Shown: piece after piece, positions 50,601 through 61,166 of the stretch | Layout: each line of letters starts with the position of its first letter | Position numbering within the stretch: position 1 is the stretch's first letter | Source: Schmidtea nova | Taxonomy: Eukaryota | Length of the DNA stretch: 64,000 bases | NCBI GenBank assembly: GCA_044892505.1 | Contig: CM097883.1 | Location: forward strand, 419,492,001 to 419,556,000 | Direction: 5' to 3' | Notes under the pieces: model-generated | Databases searched by the model: none | What the model saw: the letters and a program-made list of their open reading frames with translations, nothing else | What the model was told of the DNA's origin: nothing | Position numbers and translations under genes: made by a program

Positions 50601-53600
50601 NNNNNNNNNNNNNNATTATTATTAATTATTATTTCTTCTTAATTATATTCATTTACTATTTAATAAATAGCATTGCTTACTATTTGAAATATTAACAAAT
50701 TTAAATCAAATATGTTTATCAAGTTGTTTAAATTTGTATTGTCATTGTGTTATCGTTTGAAAACATACCGAATGTTACTTCTTTAAAGCAGCGGCTCAAA
50801 TATTTTTTTCAGGTAAGTTCAATGGCAAAACTTAATAACAAGCCGCGGGTCAAAATTATTTTAAATTTAACAATAACTAAGCACATTTTAGTTTGATTAT
50901 TTCATATTTTTATCAATCATTAAGTATTAAGTTGATGTAAGGTAAAAGTTGATAAGGTAAAAGCGTGAATTCGGAAGAAGGAAAATATTCAGAAAGAAGT
51001 GATGAGTAAATTTAAAATAATTTCGTATTGGAGTGATCAGGATCTTTTTAAGGTCAAATTATTTTATCAAATAAACGTTTCGGGAAAATGCTTTTTTTAA
51101 TAAACTTGGTTAACGATAAAACAAAAAAAATCTAAACAAAATTATAGCCAACAATGTAACAGTATAATTTCTGTTTAACTAATTATTATTGTACAGAAGC
51201 GAATATTACATTCATAAGCTATGTTTGCAAGTTTACATATTATCTGTAAGACCTTATATATTATATGTAGTACCTTACATATTGTCTGTGGTACCTTACA
51301 AATTGCCAAAAGACCTTACATATTATCTGTAAGACCTTACATATTGTCTGTAAGAACTTTCCTTTTATCTGTAGTACCTTACATATTATCTGTAAGACCT
51401 TACATATTATCTGTAAGACCTTACATATTGTCTGTAAGAACTTTCCTTTTATCTGTAGTACCTTACATATTATCTGTAAGACCTTACATCCAGTGTACCA
51501 GGAAAAGTAATCAATGAAGCTGTTGCAACCTTGTTTTATACTTACCTGTCGTGAAGAGCAATCGCCACTTCTCCTGCATAGCGCTGATGAGAACCAAAAG
51601 CTCATAACTAGTCTGATATTCTGTTGTTTAGCACTGGATATCACAAAGATTTACCTTTTGTTAATGATTTTTTTTCAAATTCAACTGTTTAATGTCATTT
51701 TCAATTATAACACGAATTTTTAATAACAAAATCAGGTTAGTTCGAAATTTGGTCAACAAATTATTCAGATTTGATGAAATTTGTTAATATTTATTCGATA
51801 AAGTTCGGATAAATTTATCCAAAATGGAACTCTCTTCAATATACATCTTTTCATATTCGTTCGACTATTGGTTATAATAAAATATAAAATAATTTTTTTG
51901 TCAAAATATTATTAATTAACTGTCAAAAATCCTTATGTGTACAATTAATAATAATGTAGATCGTCTAAGATAGCAAAATATAATCCAGCAACTGATCAGA
52001 ATGAAAATGCTCAGTTTTCAGCTATAGCAGGAGATATAAATAATTGGAAGCAAACAGCGTCTGATTCTGATGATTTCCTTACCAAAAACAGTAAGATTAT
52101 GTATTTTATTGTACATTTAATAATCAATAATTCAAAATATTATCCTCCCCTTCACTGCGGAGGACGAGTATGTCTCGTCATGTCGTGTATTTGTTTGTAC
52201 ACAGTCCTTGGAATCCTGTATTTTTTATTATAAAAAATGCTTTGTTTTAACAAAATTATCCTGTCGCACACAGCATTTCTACATGGTCACAGCGAAAGGG
52301 TTAGGTGTTTATAATTTACAATTATATTGAACAATTTATAATTTTTCTGATAAAAATGGGCTTGGATCAATAAAAAATTAATTAAACTTTAATTAAATCT
52401 AAAATTCATTGAAATCTTTATTATTAATCATTTTATTCTATACAGACTTGATAGAATCTTCTAATAAAAATAAATTGAAAACATTTTCGATCTGATCTTA
52501 AAAAATTTTAAAAAAAGATTTTTTTATTTAGTTTGATAATGGCGATTTTATTTTATTATTATTTTATCAATGGTATTTCTATAAATAGTAAAATAAATAA
52601 ATAAAACATTAAAAGTAAATTCTTTATTTATTTTATTATTAATTTTTACAAGCTTGATAAAGTCAACTAATAAAAATAATTAAAAATTTCGATCTAGTCT
52701 TACAAATAATTTTATGAACATTATTTTATTAAAAAATGATCAAACGTGAAAAAAAAGATAATTATGATTTTATTTTGTTTATTTCTAGTTATTTTATCAA
52801 TGATATTTAAATATCCAAAAATATTTATTGGTTATAAATTATAAAATAAATAAATAATACAAAAAAATTTATTTAAATTCTTTATTTTTTTATTAATTTA
52901 TACAAGTTACAGAAAAGTCTCCTAATAAAAACAATTTTGATCTAGCCTTAAAATATTTTTATGAAAATTTTTTTTTTTAAAATGATCAATTTCATTTATT
53001 TTATATTATTTTAGTTATTATTTAAATGTCCTAAAATATCTATTTGTTAAAATAAATATTAAAATAAATAAATAAAACATTAAACGTAAATTCTTTATTT
53101 ATTTTATTATTAATTTTTACAAGCTTGAAAAAGTCACCTAATAAAAATAATTAAAATTTTTTATATTTATATTATTTTAGTTATTATTTAAATGTCCTAA
53201 AATATCTATATGTTAAAATAAATATTAAAATAAATAAATAAAACATTAAAATTAAATTCTTTATTTTATTATTAATATATATTTGGTATATTTTTTATTG
53301 TTTAATTAATTATTTTATTAGTGGTATAAAGAATAAAATAAATAAAACATAATAATTAAACTTTAATTTAATGCAAAATTAATATTGCTATAAAAAAGCT
53401 TTTTCTGCTTCAATTAAAAATAATGCAAAAATATCCGAATTTATAAACCATCATAATCAAAATCTTATAAACAATCCCAAGTATCTGGATGAAAATTGTT
53501 ATAGATTCCCCATTAAATATTTCTCGATTTGTTTCATATTTCACTCTCATTCCGTGTTGAGAACTGGCAAACATGACGTAGGCAGAATTCGGTTTAACAA

Positions 53601-56089
53601 TTATATCATTTATTGGTCCGAATTTGTTTAAATAATTTTCAATCATTTCTCTACTCACTTTATTTTGATTTAAAATAAATGGCCCCATGTAAATTAGATA
53701 TGGATAGTGGATAAATTTGTTTGATTTCATTCCTATTTTCAATATTACAGACAGCCCTCGTATAACGCGGTTTACTGGTTCCGTTTTATGTAAAACCGGG
53801 TTAAATAAAACTAAACATTTACATATAATAAAAAAATTATCTAACATTTTAAATAATTACGGAGTTAAACGAGGGTTACTTGTATATTAAAATGAATTTT
53901 CAACGATGTTTTTTCGATATGGTAAAGAAATTTTTCCTGTCAATTTATTTAACTCAGTATTTTTTCATGTTAGATATTAATCAGTTTATCAAGAAGTGTT
54001 GTAGCGACTTCAAGTCATTTACAGTGAAGTTATAAAAATAGGTTATAATAAATAAAAAGGGAATTTAAATTACGAGGTCTTTATTTTGTATATTAAACAT
54101 TTATTTGACAGATTAATTTTTAAAATTAAATAGTGATTCTTTTAAAACAATCCCATGAATAGATGCTAACTTTTTCACAATTAGTCTTTCTTCGTTTCCC
54201 TTCGCAAATTTANNNNNNNNNNNNNNNNNNNNNNNNNNNNNNNNNNNNNNNNNNNNNNNNNNNNNNNNNNNNNNNNNNNNNNNNNNNNNNNNNNNNNNNN
54301 NNNNNNNNNNNNNNNNNNNNNNNNNNNNNNNNNNNNNNNNNNNNNNNNNATTTTTCCAGGTACTGTGTCCGTAAATTTATTTTTTCACATTCAAAAACAA
54401 AACTTATTACTTTATTAATGTCTTATAGTTATTTCATAGCTTTAACCAACAGGATCAAAGTATAGTTACTCTTTCTTTTTATATTCTGTTTGTTATTTAA
54501 TTTATTTTAACCAACAGGGTCACATTTTGTGGGATTATTGGGTAACACTAAAACATATTGCTGTATCTTACTGTGATAACCCAAAATTGGTATAACAAAG
54601 TTCCAGATGGACATCAAGCCTAGCTTGAGTGATATGCTTTGCTTGCTTTTAAATATTCGTCCGGGTAACCCCAGCTAGTATAAAAATTACTATTGATGAT
54701 TAAGTTAATATAACGATTGAAATCCACAATTGATAAAGACTGTGTCGAAATGTCGAGCACTTAACAACCAAAAACACAAAAAATTGATCTATATAATCAT
54801 TCAATTATGAAAATTATTGATGAAAATAATTCGACTGTGATGATTATAAATCAACATGATCTAAATTTCTTCCATTATGTGTTTTAATAACAAATGGTTT
54901 TTAGTGTTTTGTTTTTTATTGCTTTTATTTTTTAGATCAAAGTATAAAATCGAAACCAAAAATTCCCGTGTCTGCATCAGAAAAGTTAAATAATGAAAAA
55001 AGTCTTAAACTTTTAAAAATGAAAGTTGAAAATATTGAAAAAGTTTATTATTGATTATTAAACTTGCAAGAAAATAGTCATTTTTGTTTTCGTTTTTAGG
55101 CTTATAAAAAGGACAGTGAAACATATTCTAGTGTTATCAGTGTTTTGATTCGGTAATTCATTTAATTTTATATTTTATTTATAATCATTTATATTTCAAT
55201 TAAGTGTCTTTTGTCACCCATTGATATAATTCTTTATTGCACTCTTATTCATATTAAATATTATATTTTCAAGGTTACATTGTCGTATTATATAGATTTT
55301 TGGTATCTCTATTTATCTTTCAAAGAATATATTTATATATATTCCCCGGCAAATTTCACATTAAAAATCAAGATTTATCGAATTTAATTATTTTCCGATA
55401 GTGTTGATTTTAATTTCGTAAATCGAGTGAAAATGAATAATTTCTGTTTGATAATATCTTGCACAAACATATGATTATATTATTTATGCCAGATTATGAT
55501 TAATTTTGGATATTATTTACAGGATTTATGATGATGATAGATGCTATAAATTTTGCTATTTATTGATATTGACAATGAAAAATTATTACAATTTCAAGAG
55601 AAAATATTATCGAAATGATTATTTCAAGAAAAATTTTGTTGATCTCTATATTTATATTTTATTATTAAACAACAAACAAATTTGAAATTATTAAAAATTA
55701 AAGAAACTTGATGGTTTAATTATATATTCTGAATGGATAAAAATGAATATTCTATTTAATGTTCACTCTCATAAGCATTGAATTTTAAAAATACTCGTTT
55801 TATTGCGATTTTATAAAGTAAGTTATAGTGCTTTTTAAATTTATAAAGCAAACCTGGTTTTTCATTTTAGTTACTCTTTCTTTTTATATTCTGTTTGTTA
55901 TTTAATTTATTTTAATTTGTGTGTAGTAAATCGCCGGAATTAAAGGTGAAATTAGAATCGATGTTGAAAGATATATTAATAGATGTTGGAAACCAATGTA
56001 TGGATTCAATGCGCGAATATATACTACATTTATCGGATAACAATCAAAATCATATAGAACCCAGCGCTTCGCCTGTATCGAGCATGTAA
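44633..56089 (+). CDS. Spliced gene: N-terminal RRM, Arg/Ser/Lys-rich low-complexity middle, Periphilin-1-like C-terminal helical domain
   Basis: Phase-consistent GT-AG exons: 44633-44664, 44711-44830, 44881-45009, 45054-45130, 45157-45177 (tentative), 48809-49418, 51960-52090, 54936-55042, 55100-55152, 55927-56089, with AATAAA at ~56100. C-terminus KVENIEKAYKKDSETYSSVISVLIRKSPELKVKLESMLKDILIDVGNQCMDSMREYI. Confidence 0.75.
45832..46063. mobile_element. piggyBac-type MITE
   Basis: TIR CCCCTTTCTGCATGA / TCATGCAGAAAGGGG with TTAA TSD. Confidence 0.9.
46130..47813 (-). mobile_element. FLYWCH-MULE transposase with C-terminal RING finger (frameshifted), intronic
   Basis: YLKCKFYTQKCNGRAK...GHTC; LFLDATFK; SDFEAG; GCRFHFGQ; RTNNYCESLH; CKIC...PCFHVCICDNC...CPICK. 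Confidence 0.85.
50186..50615. other. Assembly gap flanked by AT-rich low-complexity DNA (49440-50185)
   Basis: Run of N. Confidence 1.
51233..51490. repeat. 21-bp minisatellite (ACCTTACATATTATCTGTAAG), ~12 units
   Basis: Seen directly; a variant unit recurs at 84-bp spacing. Confidence 0.9.
52441..53300 (+). repeat. Tandem ~210-250-bp AT-rich repeats related to the hammerhead-bearing family
   Basis: Units start near 52441, 52648, 52901 and 53118. They share CTTGATAAAG...GATCTAGTCTTACAAATA...ATGAA.ATTATT...GATCAAA with 31478-31581. Confidence 0.65.
53410..53730 (-). CDS. Small single-RRM ORF antisense within the intron of the RRM-periphilin-like gene
   Basis: LIYMGPF (RNP2-like)...IENYLNKFGPINDIIVKPNSAYVMF (RNP1-like)...FNGESITI. 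Confidence 0.5.
   Translation of the reverse strand: MKSNKFIHYPYLIYMGPFILNQNKVSREMIENYLNKFGPINDIIVKPNSAYVMFASSQHGMRVKYETNREIFNGESITIFIQILGIVYKILIMMVYKFGYFCIIFN
53748..53882. mobile_element. pogo/Tigger-like MITE
   Basis: Imperfect TIRs CAGACAGCCCTCGTATAAC / GTTAAACGAGGGTTACTTG flanked by TA. Confidence 0.6.
54213..54349. other. Assembly gap
   Basis: Run of N. Confidence 1.
54726..54830 (+). ncRNA. Further hammerhead-family copy with compensatory stem II
   Basis: TTGATAA-A-GAC TGT GTC-GAAA-TGT-C, followed by the family tail GATCTATA...TATGAAAATTATTGA. Confidence 0.55.
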
Positions 56090-56812
56090 TATTCCTGTTA
56101 ATAAATATATATATTAGTCGTTTTATTACGTTTGTTTGATATGATTTTGTTATGAAAATTACTTTTTAGCGATATTTATTCAAATTATTTAATACAGGCC
56201 CGGTTTAAGTCGAAGTGTGATTTTTAAAATAAATATCTGAGTATAAATTAACACTCACAGGTGCTGTGTCCTAACAGAAGTTTAAAAACGGCCGAATTGT
56301 AATGTTTCCATAAAATATGTTTGTTTCCAAAATCTTATCTAATGGTAATTAGCTTTAAAGTTATTCATATTTAGTCACCAAAATAAATATTAATTTTTTA
56401 AAATGTGTTTAATAATACAATTAGTGAAAAATGTATTTATTTGGAGTGTTTTATAAATTTTTGAAATGTTTTTTGCTGCAGGACATTTGTGTCGATAGTC
56501 TTGTAAAGTTTTAATTTTGCTTTTTATATAGTTATAAAAAATTAATGCAAAAGAAATTGAAGAACATTTGTTGAATTTATCAGATAGCTTAGCCAGTAAA
56601 CTTTAAGCGAAAACCCCTGTTAAATAGTTAAACGCATAGTTAAAAATTAAATTCATTCGTTAAATGTAAATATACAGTAAGAAATCTGCACCAAGTACCA
56701 ATAATACACTAGAACAGCGTTTTACAACCCTTTTACGATTATCAACGATTTCCAATTGCTAAAAATTCAAATCGCTCATGTTGGGACACATTGGGGTAAA
56801 ATAGATGTAACT

Positions 56813-59800
56813 CAGTGGTTCTCAACACGTTTTCCGCCAAAAAATCTACATTTTATCTTTAAATTTGCATTTAAGATATATATCAGGGGTGCCCAACTTT
56901 TCTTTATATAAGATCTACTTTTTTTCTTAAAAGTGTGTCGCGATCGACTTATTGTCATAGGCGTAGTCTAAGAGGGAAGAAGGGTTGTGAAATGCATACT
57001 ATGTTTATACACTGTATTTCAGCATAAGGTGCATTCCAGCGAGGTATGGGTAGATAAGTAAAATATATGTTCAAAACTATTTTTATTTTTAAATCACTTA
57101 TTAAGTTTTCGAGATATAGGCTCCTAAAGAAAATAAATTCCCAGACCAAACTTTTGATAGCAGCATTCCGTACATGCGGTACATAAAAAATTCGATTTTA
57201 CAACAATTTTTCGAGATAGATATTTACTAACTTAAAATACAATTTGGGGTTTTTATCAACTGCAATGTATAAGTTGTTGTGCTATTTGTTCGTAAATATA
57301 AAAAAGTTGTTATAAAAATGCACAGTATGGCTGATAATTTGATTACAATATTTCACTTTCTCGTTTTTTGGGTCAAGAAAATTTGTCACGAGAGAATAAA
57401 ATGACTTACTTTTACTAATTTATCGATAGCTCGCTAAGTTCACCTCGTACTGAAATATAGATATACGGCTTATCTACCTACGTAAAAAACATCAACAATA
57501 ATTATTTAAAGGGCCAAAAAACTAACGTCCAGGGGAGTTAAAAGAACATGGATAACTATTAACGATTTTTATTAATTCAAAGTAGCCACAGATAAATACA
57601 GATTTAGAATTTACTTTGTTCCCTTAACATGAATGGGAAGACTGAATTTGCATGTCTCTAACCATGCAAGGGAATTCATCTTCAGTTCGACATAGGGCTA
57701 TAAAATCCATTTTTGCATCCTATCATTGCAGCTGCACCATCCGTTGTTATTGAGACTTATTTGAAAAGGGGTACTTTCAAATCATAGAGCAAGTTTTTAA
57801 AGGCTTTAAATATGTCCACACTTCTAGTCCTTTCATTCAAAGAAATCATACCCAACAATTCTTCTTTAGATGTAAACTCCTTAAAAATCATACAAACAAA
57901 AACAAGTAATTGTGCTGTATCACTTATATCTGTCGATTCATCACACTGAATGGAAAAACAAGAACATTTACTAATATCCTAAATTAGCTGCTCTTTTACA
58001 TTCCCACTCATCATTTCAAGTCTTCGCACCACTGTGTTTCGAGACAATTGTAGATCTTGAATTGCAGTAATAATTTCACTCTTGTTCTTAAAATCGTTAA
58101 AAAGTGAATCTGACATTCCCAAAAATATTTCCTTTACAAATTCACCGTCGGAAAATGGCTTGCATTTTTTTGCTAAGAGATAGCTTACTTTGAATGATGC
58201 AGTAGTTACTGCTTGTGACTTCAACCTTGGCTTTTTAAAAACGCTTTGTTGATTTGATAATCGAGTTTTAAGATCCTTAACTTTATGTTTTCTCAGTTCA
58301 GAATTTGGTGGATAATCTGTTTGATAATTGTTATGTAAAGCTAAGAAATGTCTTTCCAGATTACCCTTCTTAGAAATGGCTACCGAGGTAAGGCATATTA
58401 ATCAACAGCATTTATTATACACCATTGTAAAAAAGTAATCGAGCTCCCATTCTTCATTGAAGTGATAAGTTTTAGATTTCTTTGGTTTACTACTCATGTT
58501 CATGGGTATACTAGAATACAAAGAAATAAGACAATTTAAAGAATAAATATTGAATTAAATATTTGCTTATAAAATTCAAAAACTCATGAACTGCGGCAAT
58601 TATCTCCATTACATTGAGAGAAATAATAACAATCCTGCATACTACAATCGGGGACAACAATACAACTATATTAAAATCTAATATAAATATATTTAAATTT
58701 ACAAGAAGTGTGTTAAAGGTACAATATATTTATTACGGTTTAAAATACTGACCTCTTACTTTAGATAGCATTACTGTTATTCTTAATATTTTTGTAATAC
58801 TGTTCATTATTATTCTCACAGTTTAATGACCGCAGTTTAGAGATCTGTTGCCGAGAATACTCACTTATAAAGTAAATAGATGGGTAAGAAAAGCAATTTA
58901 ATTTAAAACAAAGAAAATGAAATTACATTTTAAACAGAAGAAAAATTGAAATCCAACTTGGTCACCGAGGATAAATAATATTGCTTGATAATAACACAGT
59001 TAATACAAAAGAAAAGAAGCTACCGTATGGCACTACCAAATATTCAAGCTAACTGATTGTGTCCTTCGAGTTGTAACTGTTGCGTTCGCGCGTTGTGTCT
59101 GGTGACAATGTAACACATATTCAAATGTATTGTTTTGGGTGAGCGGATATAACAGTGTCTGGTTGTCAGAATTCTAGGTGTTCATGAACTTGGCAAGTTC
59201 CCAGAATACATTCAACTATTACTAAAAAGGTTTGTCTTTTAAAATCGCTTCAAAGTCACGGTAGTAAATGGAATTCTACCCCAGACATTGCGAGAGATCA
59301 ACGATCGACCAAAATTAGCCTCGCGATCGACTTGTTGGCCACCCCTGATATATATCATCAAAAACCTCAATTAATTTTTTATAAGATGATTCAATAAGAA
59401 ACCAGTTACACAGATATATAAACATACAAAGATAAAAGTATTTTTATTGCTTATTATTGTTGCACGTGGCATTTTCATTGCTTCTAAGAAGGCATTGTTT
59501 ACGACGTAAATCCGAGTTGCTTTGTCTTTTATACGACCTGATATTTCTGAAATTTACAAGAAACATAATTCAAACATATCACATTAGTTTTTTTTACTGA
59601 TTTATTTTTGTTGTGTTAATTGCACTGTGAATGTTTAATTTTTTTCGTGTAAGTATTTCTTTGTTGAATAAATTTGTTTTTTTGTTAACGTCCGTTTATA
59701 TTTAATATCTTCAAAACCATTTATTAATAGAGGATGGTTCAAAAGTCGTTTCATTATTCAAAAATGAAATAATATGTTCGTTTGTGAATTTTTTATGTAT

Positions 59801-59843
59801 TTTTGTCAGTGTTCCGCGCTTTTAAATTAGTTGAGAACCACTG
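56813..59843. mobile_element. Non-autonomous hAT (Charlie-like) element hosting a nested hAT
   Basis: TIR CAGTGGTTCTCAAC / GTTGAGAACCACTG with perfect TSD ATGTAACT. Confidence 0.93.
56884..59347 (-). mobile_element. Buster/GTF2IRD2-type hAT, internally deleted, transposase remnant ~57600-58500
   Basis: TIR CAGGGGTGCCCAAC / GTTGGCCACCCCTG with TSD ATATATAT. Motifs FNEEWELDYFF, NLERHF, KPFSDGEFVK, LSRNTVVRR, QCDESTD. Confidence 0.93.
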
Positions 59844-60302
59844 ATGTAACTACATGTAAGGTGATGTGTAAATAAAGATTGACAAATTGAGGGCATATGT
59901 ATTTATAGATGTATGTCATTTATAGGACTTGTTTGTGCTCTATATATATATAAATTGTATCTAGATTCCAGAATTAAGAACGACACGGAAATAATAAAAT
60001 TTGACATGCACAACACCGCCAACCTAAAATTTCAAATCACCCACTAGAAGCATAAAATCGTGCAATCAAAGATGAGCCCACAGTGAGGGAACGCATACTT
60101 TCAATCAATTCAAAATTTTGATATTGGAAATGCTCACGAAATTAAATTGAAAACAATAAAAATTCGACTACAAATTAAAATAGTTAAAATCAAAATTGTC
60201 AAAAGTAAGGAATATTAATAATTTATAGTTTATATAACAATTGATTTTAACATTCATATAGCAATTTCAAAAAGTAAAAAGACAAGTTTGTTTTATATTT
60301 AA

Positions 60303-61166
60303 TTATAATTTAATTGTTTTTGGGTCATGACAAACTGCCCCGTGATCCAGTTGAATTTGACACATGAATCGCAACGGCGCAATCAATCCTTCATAGCTTT
60401 CTAAGTTGAAATGATTCTCTTCTTCTAAGAATAGCAGAGCTCTCCCAACCGCTTCAACAGTACTGACGCACTTGCTATTTGGCTGAGTACGAATTACAAA
60501 TTCGCTTTGCCTCTGAAACACTTCATCTGTTGACGATGCCGAAATAACAACCTTCTGTATATCATGCAGCCATTTATTCCTCAGATAAATGCCTTTAGCC
60601 TGTGACCAGGTTCCGTCTAGAATTATCAAATTGTGTAGTTTTATATTAATTTTATCTATTGGAATTGCGTCTTTAGATGGATATAATACTGCAACAGAGT
60701 CAGTGTTTATACTATTGATTAATTCTGGATATCTTACAAATGTTAAGGCAAAAACCATGACAAATATTACTTGGAAGCACTGAAATTTCGACCTTTCAAC
60801 ACTTGTACTTTATCACTATCAATAGCTAATTGTAATATTATAGCTGTTTGGATTTTTCGGCTTTCCTATTAATATATTTTAAGCATATTAAATGTGTTTA
60901 TTAGAGAATATTTAATTTGATAGGCAAATTAAAATTTACAATACCTCAAATGGATGCTGTAAAATAGTTATTTTTGTTTTGATATTTAGTTTACTTTTAG
61001 GTAAATGGGCACACCAACACACTTTAATAGGTCTTCTAAAATTATTTTTAAGAGATATTTGCTTTAAAAATATGACATACTTGCATTGGATACATGATAC
61101 TCTTTTATGGTTAATTTTGCTCTCTAATGGTTCATCTATTAAATCGACAAATTCGAAATCCTGCAT
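60303..61166 (-). CDS. DTWD2: tRNA-uridine aminocarboxypropyltransferase, DTW domain protein 2
   Basis: Exons 61166-61081, 61035-60945, 60865-60771 and 60732-60303 (introns 45, 79, 38 nt, phases consistent). Motifs CIQCKRPIKVCWC, ILQHPFE, LYPS, LIILDGTWSQAK, IRTQP, VSTVEA. Confidence 0.92.

Noticed and set aside
51583-51610. CTGATGA as a canonical hammerhead core
   Set aside because: No stem II followed by GAAA.
51221-51644. Repetitive ORFs (RPYILSV)n / (CKVLQII)n and a CRISPR-like look
   Set aside because: They are translations of a 21-bp tandem repeat with no unique spacers and no cas genes, in a eukaryotic context.
54463-54510. 48-bp duplicate of intron sequence 55868-55915
   Set aside because: It lies next to an N-gap with no exon following, so it is likely a local misassembly or a trivial duplication.
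54655-54680. Helitron-like 3' end (GC hairpin + CTAG)
   Set aside because: Only a short motif; no 5' end or Rep/Hel sequence found.
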